A stretch of 64,000 bases of DNA. Source: an uncultured delta proteobacterium. GTDB taxonomy: Bacteria > Myxococcota > Kuafuiibacteriia > Kuafuiibacteriales > Kuafuiibacteriaceae. The DNA is taken from the NCBI GenBank assembly GCA_963803435.1, contig CAWDML010000005.1, forward strand, positions 456,252 through 520,251. The letters are read 5' to 3'. The position numbers and the translations under genes were made by a program. The notes under the pieces were generated by a model that was not told the origin of the DNA, searched no databases, and saw only the letters and a list, made by a program, of their open reading frames with translations. Shown here one piece after another: positions 1 to 9,957 of this stretch. Position 1 is the stretch's first letter, and the number at the start of each line of letters is the position of its first letter.

Positions 1-173
1 TGTACGAGCTGAAGAAGGAGTGGATCGAGAAGGAGCAGGACGTCGACGGCTACGAGCTCAACAAGGTGCGCGAGGACGTGGACGATCTACCCGCTGCCCT
101 GGCGGTCGCGGACGCGTGGCTGCCCGGCCCGGTCGAATGGCAGTGCTGGGCCGACAGCGACACCATCGTCTGA
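1..173 (+). CDS. 3' end of a hypothetical protein running in from the left edge
   Basis: Open frame from position 3 (YELKKEWIEKEQDVDGYELNKVRED...DSDTIV) ending TGA 171-173, with GC3-rich codons. Confidence 0.6.
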   Translation, partial: YELKKEWIEKEQDVDGYELNKVREDVDDLPAALAVADAWLPGPVEWQCWADSDTIV

Positions 174-369
174 TGCCACCCGGACGCGTGCTCGATGCGG
201 AGTCTCCGGTGGGGCGGATCGACCGGACCCTGGCCGGCATGATCGGCGCGCAGACCTTGGACGCGACGGTGGAGTCGAACCAGACGCGATCGCGCCCGAT
301 CGCGGGGAAGCGGACTTGGAGCCGGTCCGAAAACCTCCGGACCGTTCCGCGTTTCCTGTTTCGCTCGTT

Positions 370-750
370 CTGCAGACAACGGCTATCTGAGCGCGACCAA
401 CATCGAATTCTGCGACAATAATCAGTCAGGTCGATGCCCACATCGCTGTTGGACGCGAACAGAACCAAGACGCGTCGACTCCGTCCTCATCAGCTTCGGA
501 GCCCACACCTGCCTCGCTCGCTCGCAAGCGAATGCGAGACAAGTTGCAAACGCGCGACGGCCAGGCGGTCTACGCCCGCAGGAAGAGTATCGTCGAACCG
601 GCGCTCGGACAGATCAAAGGGGCACGAGGATTCCGCCGGTTCTCGCTACGCTCCTTCTTCAAGGTACGAGCCGAGGGGACGCTCGTCTGCCTCACCCACA
701 ACCTGCTCAAGCTCTACCAATCGAAGCTCGCGACCGTCGCGAGCGTCTGA
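370..750 (+). pseudogene. IS1182-family transposase remnant (C-terminal part)
   Basis: ADNGYLS..NIEFC motif near 373, then after frame breaks YARRKSIVEPALGQIK...GFRRFSLR...LTHNLLKL (532-750), typical of the IS1182 DDE C-terminus. Confidence 0.75.
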
Positions 751-772
751 CTCAAGGCAGCCATCTTCAGAT

Positions 773-807
773 CGGGACCCGGACCGGGACCGGGACCCGG
801 ACCGGGG
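773..807. repeat. Short imperfect hexamer tandem repeat (CGGGAC/CCGGAC)
   Basis: cgggacccggaccgggaccgggacccggaccgggg read directly. Confidence 0.7.
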
Positions 808-871
808 TCGCGTGAGCGCTTACGCGCTACACGCTCCCAGAGGCACGCGGGACGAATCGCGGGTTAGCACC

Positions 872-1564
872 GTGGCGCCAGAGGTTCGGCGCTGGCTTCG
901 GGCGGCGGATCGGCTCTCGGCCGCGGTGCGAAGCGGCGAGATCGGTGTCGCGGAGTGGCAAGAGCGGATCGAGGCCCTGTTCGATGCCGTCGAGCTCCCA
1001 CCGCTGCTTCGAGCGATCGACTTCGATGGTCTCACCGCCGATCTCGAGTATCCGTTCGATCGGGCCGCCACCGTCGACCCATCGTTTGGAGCGGATCAGC
1101 CCCGCGCCTTCACGCCCCGCGTGTTCGCCTTGAGGCGCGGCACCGCGATCGTGCCCCACGGGCATCATTACATGGTCTCGATGCACCTGGTGCTCGGCGG
1201 TGAGCTACACCTTCGGCACCATGATCGGCTCGCCGACGAGCCGGACGCGCTGATCTTGAAGCCGACCATCGACCGGCTCGCACGAGCCGGCGACCACAGC
1301 TCGATCTCCAGCCGGCGCGACAACGTCCACTGGCTTCAGGCGCGGAGCGCGCACGCCTTCACCGTCGACGTCATCGTGGCGAGGCGAGCCAAGCCGAAGA
1401 CCAGCGGCGAGCTCCGAGACTACGTGGACCCGGATCGCGGTGTTCCGCTCGACGGCGACCGAATTCGCGTTCCGCGCATCTCTGCGGACGAGGCCATGCG
1501 GCGCTACGGCTCCGGCGAGCCGATCTCGTTTTCTCACCCACCCGCCACGCGACGCGGTAATTGA
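872..1564 (+). CDS. Cupin-like (cysteine dioxygenase-like) hypothetical protein
   Basis: IVPHGHHYMVSMHLVLGGELHLRH and DNVHWL metal-binding His motifs; start codon uncertain (GTG 812 or 872). Confidence 0.6.
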   Translation: MAPEVRRWLRAADRLSAAVRSGEIGVAEWQERIEALFDAVELPPLLRAIDFDGLTADLEYPFDRAATVDPSFGADQPRAFTPRVFALRRGTAIVPHGHHYMVSMHLVLGGELHLRHHDRLADEPDALILKPTIDRLARAGDHSSISSRRDNVHWLQARSAHAFTVDVIVARRAKPKTSGELRDYVDPDRGVPLDGDRIRVPRISADEAMRRYGSGEPISFSHPPATRRGN

Positions 1565-2604
1565 TCCGCGTGAGGTGCCTCGCCGTGCTCGGAGGGTCGC
1601 TCGCGATCGCGCTCGGCGGCTGCACGGCGGACACCACCGGCCTCGGTCCCGGCCCGGGCGCGGACGCTGGGGCTTCGGCCGACGCCGCGGTGAGGGGAGA
1701 CGCCGGCACGTTGCTCGACGCGTCCGTGGATGCCGGAACAGCGGACAGCGGAGCCGCGCCGGGTGTCTACTGGACGATAGAGGAGCGCTCGGACCAGACC
1801 GAGATCGCGATCCGGCGGACGACCGTCCCCGAAGGCGAGGTCTTCATCCCGCTGTTCATGACCACTGCCAACGCCTGCCAGGCGGCCGGCCCGGCGAACG
1901 CCGAGGCGCAGGCCAATCACCGGGTGATGATCCGCTCCTGGTTCTGGTTCGCGCACCTGCCCGTCCCGGCGAGCTGCCCCTTGATCTCCGACCGCGTCGA
2001 ACGGCTCGTCTCGGTGACGCTGACACCGGGCGACTGGCTGATCCAGATCGGCACCGAACACGTGACGCTGACGGTCACACCGGTGACCGACTGCTCCGGC
2101 GACGGGATCTCCTGTGCCGGCGACTGCGCGTGCGGCGGGGGCGATCTCTGCCTCCCTGGCGCCGGCGACACCAGGCTCTGCGGACGCCCCTGCGAGCCGA
2201 TCGCCCCCGACGCTGCGACCGGCGCCGATCCGCTGGCCGATCTCGAGTGTGGCCCGAGCGACGGCTGCGTCCAGGACCCGAGCCTCGAGGTCCCGCGTTG
2301 CGCGCCTCGCGCCTCGATCGGTTGCTCTGACGATCGCCCGTGCCCGACCGGCATGAGCTGCCCGACGAGCGATCCGCTGCCGGCCTGCCGCTGGGCGATC
2401 CAGCTGAGCGCCGCCGTCCGGCACCCTTGCACGACCGACACCGACTGCGATCCCGCGCTCCAATGCGTCGAAGGCCGCGAGCAAGAGCGGCACTGCGAGG
2501 TCCCATGCCTCACCAGCCAGATGCCGTGCCCACCCCAGCACGTTTGCCAGATCGACGCGGTGGCCACCGACGCCCAGTGGGTCTGCGAGTGGCAGGGCGA
2601 GTAG
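1561..2604 (+). CDS. Cys-rich lipoprotein
   Basis: Signal peptide with lipobox LGGC, DA-rich linker, many Cys-rich repeats (C..D.DC). Confidence 0.8.
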   Translation: MIRVRCLAVLGGSLAIALGGCTADTTGLGPGPGADAGASADAAVRGDAGTLLDASVDAGTADSGAAPGVYWTIEERSDQTEIAIRRTTVPEGEVFIPLFMTTANACQAAGPANAEAQANHRVMIRSWFWFAHLPVPASCPLISDRVERLVSVTLTPGDWLIQIGTEHVTLTVTPVTDCSGDGISCAGDCACGGGDLCLPGAGDTRLCGRPCEPIAPDAATGADPLADLECGPSDGCVQDPSLEVPRCAPRASIGCSDDRPCPTGMSCPTSDPLPACRWAIQLSAAVRHPCTTDTDCDPALQCVEGREQERHCEVPCLTSQMPCPPQHVCQIDAVATDAQWVCEWQGE

Positions 2605-2656
2605 CGGAGCTGCGGAAGATCCGCCGCCTCCGTGCGTAGGCCTCCACGGGAGCTTC

Positions 2657-3886
2657 TTGATCCTCGCTCGCACCCTCTGGTTCCTCTCGTTGAGCGCCTG
2701 CTGCTGCGATCCGTCGGATCCGTCGGATCCCGCCGCGACCGCCGAGGCTCGCTTCGCCAACGCGTTCCTCGACGACCTGGCGCAGGGACGGAACCAGGCC
2801 GCCTTCGACAAGATGAACTTCATCGGCCCGCCGCCCGTCGGCTTCGATGCGACCCGGCTCGGGCAACGCGCCGACCGGCTGGGGCTGAGCCGGGTCGAGA
2901 GCACTCGCTGGACCCGCGCGCACTATCTCCTCAATCCGCCCAACCCCAACCGCGACCCGTTCGAAGATCGGGTGCTGAAGTGCATCTCCAACCTCAACCC
3001 TCCGATGAAGCTCGAAGCGACGGTGGTCGCGAACGGGCGCGAGCGTCCCTTGAGCCTCGTCGTCCGGGACACGGACGGCCTGCACCTGGCGGAGGTCCAC
3101 CTCGGAAGCAGCCCTCTGGTTCCCTCCGGTCTGCCGACCAGCTATCGAGCGCCGGAGGAACCTCGTCCGCCGGGTGAGCTTCTCCGCCGCGCGACGATCG
3201 ATCGGCACGCTGTCGGCGCCCAGTCGTACCTCCGGGTCCGATCACCCGTTGCAGTCCCGCACGAAGCATCGGTGACAATGACCGGAGACTGCACGACCGG
3301 CGATCGCTGGTACCGGAGCGTCATCGTCACCCACCGCGCGGAGCCGCTCTCTCTGTCGCTCGCGCTGCGGCCGCCTGCGCCCGACCTCTGCGAGCTGCGG
3401 GTTCGGCTGAGCCGAGGGACCATCGTCGAGACGCGCACCTGGTGCTGGACCGAGACCGAGATCTCGGAGGCGCCCTGCAAGGAGCGACCGGTGCCGCGCC
3501 GTCGATCCGAGCACCCGGTGCTCGTCGAGCAGGTCGCCCGCCGCGTCTCCGACAACGGCTTGCTCCGGCTCGACTACGATCTTCACGCCAACGAGCAGCT
3601 CCCCGAACCCGGGGCCCCCGAGCGCCACCACCTCGAAGCTCGCGTCCGCTGCCCCGGCCAGGACGTGCGCCGCGTGACCCGCCCGGCGAATCGCGAGTCG
3701 CAGCCGTTCGGACTCTTCACCAAGCGCAGCGCGCTCTATGTCGAGCGGCCGTCGGCCTTCGCGGTCCCATGCTCCGTCGAGATCGAGTGGGTGGCGGAGA
3801 CGCCCTACGAGCGCAAGACCGCGATGCTGTTCGAGGGCTGCCTCACCGACACGGAAGTGACGCCCGGCCGCTGCCCGTACGAGTAG
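2657..3886 (+). CDS. Hypothetical secreted/lipoprotein
   Basis: 409-aa ORF with N-terminal hydrophobic stretch LSACCC and GC3-biased codons. Confidence 0.7.
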   Translation: MILARTLWFLSLSACCCDPSDPSDPAATAEARFANAFLDDLAQGRNQAAFDKMNFIGPPPVGFDATRLGQRADRLGLSRVESTRWTRAHYLLNPPNPNRDPFEDRVLKCISNLNPPMKLEATVVANGRERPLSLVVRDTDGLHLAEVHLGSSPLVPSGLPTSYRAPEEPRPPGELLRRATIDRHAVGAQSYLRVRSPVAVPHEASVTMTGDCTTGDRWYRSVIVTHRAEPLSLSLALRPPAPDLCELRVRLSRGTIVETRTWCWTETEISEAPCKERPVPRRRSEHPVLVEQVARRVSDNGLLRLDYDLHANEQLPEPGAPERHHLEARVRCPGQDVRRVTRPANRESQPFGLFTKRSALYVERPSAFAVPCSVEIEWVAETPYERKTAMLFEGCLTDTEVTPGRCPYE

Positions 3887-5040
3887 AGGTTGAGACCACC
3901 ATTTTCAGCGATCGGATCCCGATTGAGCCAGCGACCGACTTGAGCCGAGTATCCTGCGCAAGATTTATCCCGCTCGGCCCATGAACGAAGTGTCCTGTAC
4001 AACCGAAATCGCTCTCGGAACCGGTGCCGGACGACTGCCCAGCGCCGCAGCTATCGTAGCTGTAGGTTCGTTCGATGGTCTCACCATCGTTGGCGATCAC
4101 GTCCCTTACCGAACCCAATCGATCCTTGGCAGAGAAGTGGTGGGTCGAGCCATCGAGGAAGCCCTCGTCGAAGTAGTTTCGAACCAGCGTCGATCCGGAG
4201 CCGTTCCGCTTCTGGCAGATGCGATCGTCGCACCACACGAAGACGAGGTTCGCCGTCTCAACGCTGTTCTCGATCTCTTGGATCCGCACGCGGCGGAGCG
4301 CGCCATCGTACTGGAAGACCGACCCGTGCGTGCCTTCGATGATCCGCACCAGGCGGTTCTGCTGGTCCCATCGAAATTCTCGCCGCACTGATCCGTTCGG
4401 CTCCCGCTCGAAGCGCAGGTTTCCATCAGCATCGTACTCGTAGAGCGTCGTCGTCCCCGTGGTCGTGACCTCGTACCTCTGCAGGGTCGAGTTGTCGTTC
4501 CCGTCCACCGCCTCGATGCTGACGAGGTTGCTGCCGACCTCCAGATCCACCACCGCTTCGAAGCGATACGGCGCTTCACCGTCCGTCGAGATCACCTTCG
4601 CCGGCTGCCCGTTGGCAGTCACGAGGGCCGGGTCGTCGACCGTTCCCGCGAAGGTGGTCGGCCCGAAGCCGTGCTCGGAGACGAGCTGGTTCCGACTGTT
4701 GACCCTGTAGTTCCGGCCCACCGGCGTCACCGTTCCGGTCACCACCTGGGTTCTGTCGCCCGCGCGATTGTAGCTGTAGCGTTCCCAGTCGAGCAGAGTC
4801 TCGCTTGCATCGTGGCGGATCACTTCCGTGAGCTGCTGGACTGCATCATACGCGTAGGTCCAGGTTGTCGGGCCACCGCCGCCTTGCTCGATCGTCAGCG
4901 TGTCCACCGTCCGATCCTAGTTGTACGCGTAGTCGAATTGGGAAGTGACCGCCGGCGTCTGCCCGGAGCTGAGGTTCTTGATCTGCTTCAACGGATGATC
5001 CCCAGTTGATCCAAAGTAGTCGTACTGCAGCTGAAGTACT
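3876..5040 (-). pseudogene. RHS/YD-repeat protein fragment with RHS core end, no C-terminal toxin
   Basis: YAYDAVQQL, YEYDADGNL, WDQQNRL, DRLGSVR repeats; GRWLNRDPIAENGGLNLYSY core end in a shifted frame; in-frame TAG at about 4917. Confidence 0.85.
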
Positions 5041-5249
5041 GACCCCGAAGCGATTTTCGCAGGAGATGGCTTTGCAGGACTGCGGCGATCCGATTCGCTT
5101 AAACTTAAAGCGATTCTACTGAGTAGATGGCGGACGTGGGAAGCGCCCTGACGCGGTTTCCGGGATGGGACGCGAGGCGTGCCAGGGAGCGCTTCGGTGG
5201 CTGCCTCCCGACCGGCACCGCTCGATGCTACCACCTCGGCAAGAAGCAG

Positions 5250-5561
5250 CTAAAGGTCGACGTTGAGCTCCGGCGGGTCCTCCTGCGCAGCGCCCCACAC
5301 GGCGATGATGCGGACAATCTTCTTCTCCTCATCCACGTGGTAGTAGAGGTGGCGCTCGGTCCCGGTGAGGTTCAGGCGGTAAATCTGGCGGCCCTCGAAA
5401 ACGTCATACCGCGTTCCGAGATGCGGATTCTCGGCGAGGAGCTTCTTGGCCTTCGCGAGCTCGGTGCGAAAGAGCGTCGGATTCTTGTCTCGGTTCTTCT
5501 TCCACCAGGCGGCTGCGCTTCGGGCTTGTCGTTGAGCTTGGATTGAGAGTCGGACCTTCAC
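5250..5561 (-). CDS. RelE/ParE-family type II toxin
   Basis: GTG start overlapping the upstream TGA; MKVRLS..A..Q...WW..NR, LAENPHLG, HLYYHVDE..VRIIAVWG. Confidence 0.85.
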   Translation of the reverse strand: MKVRLSIQAQRQARSAAAWWKKNRDKNPTLFRTELAKAKKLLAENPHLGTRYDVFEGRQIYRLNLTGTERHLYYHVDEEKKIVRIIAVWGAAQEDPPELNVDL

Positions 5562-5794
5562 GGCGTCGAGTCGGCCGCCTCGAGCTCCGCGAGAAAGTCG
5601 TCCATGTCCATGTCCTTCGCCGGATCGTCGGCGAGACCGCGGCGGATGGCAGCGTGCAGGCGCTCGCGTTCCCCGGGCGACATCTCGGCCTCGGCATTCG
5701 CGGGCACGAGCTCGAGCACCATGCCATCCGGCAAATCCGTCGGCTCGTCGAGCGTCAGGCGGCCGCCCACCACGCGCGCTTTGAAGACATGCAT
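5558..5794 (-). CDS. Putative cognate antitoxin
   Basis: 78-aa acidic protein (KARVVGGRLTLDEPTDLPDG...MDDFLAEL) translationally coupled to the toxin by GTGA overlap. Confidence 0.8.
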   Translation of the reverse strand: MHVFKARVVGGRLTLDEPTDLPDGMVLELVPANAEAEMSPGERERLHAAIRRGLADDPAKDMDMDDFLAELEAADSTP

Positions 5795-5859
5795 CGGCAG
5801 CGATCCTAGCACAGCCGTTCGCTCCTTGGTCCGCCGCCGTGCACGCATTTCGTTCCGTG

Positions 5860-6070
5860 GCCTGCGAGGCGAACACGTACCAGACCGGCCGCCTGTCGAT
5901 GCATACCGACGGCGTCCACTACAAGCGCGTGCTCTGCTACCAAAGAACGGGCGGCTCCACTCGATGTACCAGGTCATGGAGACGGCGACCTGGAGCAACT
6001 CGAGCGCTCGGGGCATCTCGCGGATCTATGACCTCAACGGCAATCTGCAGTACGAGTACCTCGAGGATTG
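5860..6070 (+). pseudogene. Small RHS/YD-repeat-like fragment
   Basis: TYQTGRLS..TD and IYDLNGNLQYE motifs split over two frames. Confidence 0.4.
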
Positions 6071-6681
6071 AGAGCGTTCTCGATATCTGAAGCCGTCCTC
6101 ATCACGCTCTTTGATGGACCGACCGGCACGGGCGGTGAGATCGCTGTGCTGGCTGCGAATGCCGCTGGTGACGAAGGGGCGATGGGGAGGCCGGCGTTGT
6201 ATCGACGTGCGGAGGCACCGCGTCAGGCAGAGACTCGGCCGCCGCCGTCACGGAGCACTACTGGGGCTCCGCCCCAGCCCCGGGCGCAAACTGCGTTTGC
6301 TGGTTGGAGCCGACGATGGGGTGTTGGCGATCCCGCGAAACCGCAGCTATTCGCTGAAGTCGCAAAAGACCGAGGTGGGAGGCGTCGCGGGCGTAGCGTG
6401 AGAATGCGAGAGCAGCTGCCCTCGCCAAACTGCGTTTTCTCCCACGGCGGACGAGGAAGGACCGACAGGGAGCGTCCGCACGTGGTCTCGGGTCGGTCGC
6501 CACCGTTGCCCGATCTGGTGAGTGACTCCCTGCCGGTCCGAGATCAATCAGCCGTTCCGGTTCCCTCCCTTAGGGTGGGGAACGGGAACGGGCCTCATAG
6601 ACCAGCCGTTCTTCTGCTTCGTGATCGCACCGGCAGCAACGAGCCTGGAGCGCGCGTCGGTGAGCCGGGCGCTCCGTACGT

Positions 6682-7882
6682 GTAGCTGCGCGCTCGAAGG
6701 AGCGGACGAAGCACAAAGGGATCACACGTCTGCCGGACGGGCGCTACCGAGTGAGGGTGCGCGTTCAAGATCCGAAGACGGGCGAAGAGATCGATCGCGA
6801 TGAGACCGTGGAAGGAAGCATTCAAGACGCGGTGAAGGTGCAGGAGGAGGCGCGCGCGGAAGGTGGCTGCGAAGCTCGGCGTTCCGACCGGTTCCGCAGC
6901 GCGAGCCGATGACCTTGGGGACTGCGCGAAGCTGTGGCTGGCGCAGTGCACTCGGGACGGTGATGCGCAGTCGACGCTCGATGCCCGGATCCAGATCCTC
7001 GAGCACCACATTCTCCCGCATCTCGGAAGGTACCTCGTGCAGCGAATCGATCGGCACGATCTCAAGGAGTGGGTCCGGACGGTGTCGGCGGAGACGAAGC
7101 CGAACGGCGAGCACTACAGCGAGGAGACGTTCAAAGGATGGTGGCGGGCGCTCCGCGCGCTGCTTCGATGGACCGTGGAGGAGCTCGATTCTGCCGACGG
7201 ATCCGACGTCGCGATTCGATCCGAAGCGCTACGTTCATCGCCAGCTGCGGCGCGGAGTCCAGGCGGAGAAGGGAACGAACGCGCTCACCCCGAAGGAGCT
7301 CGGTCCATTCTTGGCGAAGGCGAAAGAGTTGTATCCGCAGCACTACGCGATGATGGTCGTCGGTTTCTTCACGGCATGCGGTGGAGCGAGCTGTCCGCGT
7401 TGCGCTGGGAGCACTTCAAGCCTGAGACGAAGGAGATCGAGATCCGGAACTCGCAGTGGAGGCAGAGCGTTCGCGAGCGGCCGAAGGCGGGTCGCGTGCG
7501 AACGGCGGCGTTCGACGACTTCATCTGGAGCGTGATGCAGGAGCATCGGCACTGGATGATGAAGGCGCAGGTGCCCGGCTTCGACAGCGGGCTCTGCTTC
7601 CCGTCGGACACCCGCGGCTATCGGCATCAGTCGGTGCTCGACAAGCTGTTCGCGCGGATCTGCGAGGCCGTCGGGATCGCGAAGCATCTCAGCTCGAAGT
7701 GCTTCCGCCGGACCTTCAACGATCTCTGCCGACATGCGCACGTGGATGCGATCGTACTGCGCTCGCAGATCGGTCACACCGATGCGCGCATGTCCGAGGT
7801 CTACGCGAGCGTCGATCCGTCGGAAAAGCGGCGCGCGCTGGCGCAGGTGAGGCACCTCGTCGGTCTGGGAAGCGAGCAATGA
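6682..7882 (+). CDS. Tyrosine recombinase/phage-type integrase, frameshifted at about 6860, 7195 and 7372
   Basis: N-terminal GITRLPDGRYRVRVRVQDPKTG arm-binding domain; TGMRWSELSALRW box I; KCFRRTFN and QIGHTD..MSEVY box II with catalytic Tyr. Confidence 0.85.
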
Positions 7883-8025
7883 GGATGATGCCTTTCGGAG
7901 AACGGCGAGTTCGGCGAGGAGTGCCATCTCGAGCAGTTTTCCGTCGGAGACGAGCCGAGCTCGCGAAGTTCAAGCGTCTCGCCGATCTGGGGAGCGACCG
8001 GAGCTGGAGACGTTTTTCGGAAAAA

Positions 8026-8046
8026 CGGGGAGTTCAGCGGGGAGTT
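8026..8046 (+). repeat. Tandem CGGGGAGTT x2 (12-bp period), putative integrase arm-type sites
   Basis: cggggagtt at 8026-8034 and 8038-8046, between the integrase and the tRNA fragment; related cggcgagtt at 7903-7911. Confidence 0.55.
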
Positions 8047-8111
8047 TGGGGGGTGGAACCCTTTTTTTGCTTGTCCCGGGCTCCGACGCATGTCAAAGAG
8101 TCCGAGCACTT

Positions 8112-8150
8112 GGGCGCATAACTCAGCTGGTTAGAGTGCCATCTTCACAC
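8112..8150 (+). tRNA. 5' half of tRNA-Val(CAC), truncated after the anticodon loop (att site)
   Basis: GGGCGCA-TA-ACTC-AGCTGGTTA-GAGT-G-CCATC-TTCACAC: acceptor 5' strand, D arm, anticodon 5' stem and loop; no 3' stem, T arm or CCA follows. Confidence 0.85.
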
Positions 8151-8292
8151 TTCGTCCGGACCACTTCGCCGCCTCTTCCAAGATCGCCGAGATCAACCGC
8201 CGAAGCATCGAGTGCTATCGCGGATTTCCACGTCATCGTGAGCAGTTGCCGCATGGTGCGGCAGACCCGTTCCTGAACCCAACCGACGCCTC

Positions 8293-8359
8293 GAGCGTCA
8301 CGCGGGAACACGGAGCGTCACGGGTCGACACGACGAAATGGCAGCGCGAATGGCAGCGC
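8293..8359 (+). repeat. Direct repeats GAGCGTCACG x2 and AATGGCAGCGC x2, putative arm-type sites of a second element
   Basis: 8293-8302/8313-8322 and 8337-8347/8349-8359. Confidence 0.55.
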
Positions 8360-8408
8360 CGGTTGCCCGCCCCGAGACCGCCTGCCAGGGTGCGAACCCA
8401 CCTCGGTC

Positions 8409-9887
8409 ATGGAACGCCAGCAAGTCCACCTCGGAGCTACGACTTGGTTTCTTCTTCCGGACAAGCCACTCGGCCGCGCCGGAGGCTTCGGTGCCGTATT
8501 CGCAGGCGAGTCGAGCGAGGGCGCTCCCGTCGCCATCAAGCGACTTCACATCAACGCGGAGAGCGCCGCAGGCCGAGAGCTCCGGGTCGCCGACCTCGTT
8601 CGGGAGAAGGAGCGAAGGCACGTCATCCCGATCTTGGACGCGGGACGCTCCAAGGAAGACGGCCGCTACTACATCGTCATGGCGCGCGCGGGAGGAAGTC
8701 TGCGTGCCCTCTTGGAGGATCGGGGCAAGCTCAGCGTTGCAGAGGCGCTGATGGTGGCCCGAGAGATCGTCGACGGGCTTCTCGAGCTCGAGGAGATCAT
8801 CCACCGCGACCTGAAGCCCGACAACGTGCTTTCGTTCGATGATCGGTGGTGCGTCGCCGACTTCGGCATCGCTCGCTTCGTCGAAGCGGCGACGTCGTTG
8901 AACACGCTCAAGGACTGCTGGACCCCGGTGTACGCGGCGCCGGAGCAGTGGAACATGGAGCCGACTTCGCACGCGACGGACGTCTACGCTCTCGGCTGCA
9001 TCCTGTTCGAGCTCATCCAAGGTGTGCCGCCTTTTGGCGGTTCAACGCGGGAGGAACTTCGGGCCGCGCATCTTCACAACCCACCTCCCTCTTTGCTCGG
9101 TGACCCACGCCTGTCGACGCTGGTGGTCTCGTCGCTCTCGAAAAATCCTGTAGCGCGCCCCGCTCTGGCCTCGGTCCGAATCTCGATCGCCGAGCTCCTC
9201 GATCATCCCTCCCCTGGACATGCTCCGTTGGCCGCCGCCGCCGCTGCGGTCGCTGCGCGCCAAGCGGCCGCAGAAGCCGAGGCGAGAAAGGTGGCTAACG
9301 CGAATCAGGCTCGCGTACAGCTCCAGGACGACGCACGCCGGACGCTCATCGCCATCCTCGAGCGATTCACGGCAGACGTCCGAGGAGACGCTGCGAATGC
9401 CTCGGTCGAGTTCAACGAGGATCGGGGCACGCTTCGGATCGCTCTCGGTAGAGGCCGAGTCGTGATCAAGCCGATGGCAGCAATACCGCCCGGAGCGTTC
9501 TCGGCGTCGCAGTGGGACGTCGTCTTCGGATGGGTCTTGCTCCTTTCGCAGGAGGGGGCCGAATACTCGGGACGCTCGGCCAACCTGTGGTTTGTGAAGC
9601 GCCCCGGGGAGCCCGACTACCGGTGGCGTGAGCACTCGTACATGACGCACCCGCTCTTCAAGCAGAAGCGGCCCGATGAGCCCTACGCGATGAGAGACGC
9701 TGCCCATCTCAAGGACGCCGATCTCGCGATTGCACCGGGAACGCACACCGTCCAGGAAGGCTCGCCGGCGTTTGCCAGCGATCGCGAAGACACGCAGACA
9801 TTCATTGCTCGCTGGTTGCGTCGCTTGGCCGCGGCAGCAACGGGCTCGCTCTCACGACCAGGCGGCCTACCGGACAACGAGAGGTGA
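8409..9887 (+). CDS. Hanks-type Ser/Thr protein kinase with unknown C-terminal domain
   Basis: GRAGGFGAVF, VAIK, HRDLKPDN, DFG and YAAPE motifs all intact; no transmembrane segment evident. Confidence 0.92.
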   Translation: MERQQVHLGATTWFLLPDKPLGRAGGFGAVFAGESSEGAPVAIKRLHINAESAAGRELRVADLVREKERRHVIPILDAGRSKEDGRYYIVMARAGGSLRALLEDRGKLSVAEALMVAREIVDGLLELEEIIHRDLKPDNVLSFDDRWCVADFGIARFVEAATSLNTLKDCWTPVYAAPEQWNMEPTSHATDVYALGCILFELIQGVPPFGGSTREELRAAHLHNPPPSLLGDPRLSTLVVSSLSKNPVARPALASVRISIAELLDHPSPGHAPLAAAAAAVAARQAAAEAEARKVANANQARVQLQDDARRTLIAILERFTADVRGDAANASVEFNEDRGTLRIALGRGRVVIKPMAAIPPGAFSASQWDVVFGWVLLLSQEGAEYSGRSANLWFVKRPGEPDYRWREHSYMTHPLFKQKRPDEPYAMRDAAHLKDADLAIAPGTHTVQEGSPAFASDREDTQTFIARWLRRLAAAATGSLSRPGGLPDNER

Positions 9888-9957
9888 ACGCGTGATTCAT
9901 CGGCGCGGTCCACTCAGAAGGACTTGATCGCTGATGGAGGGCCTCTGCCTCAGCGCC

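Noticed and set aside
773-807. Hexamer repeat as a contingency locus
   Set aside because: Imperfect, a multiple of three in unit length, and probably intergenic.
434-871. N-terminal extension of the 434-1564 ORF
   Set aside because: Low-complexity S/R-rich translation overlapping the IS1182 remnant; the real start is downstream.
6261-6437. Hairpin CTGGGG-CTCCG-CCCCAG and CAAACTGCGTTT x2 as oriT/REP
   Set aside because: Single short hairpin, no relaxase or further copies nearby; not enough support.
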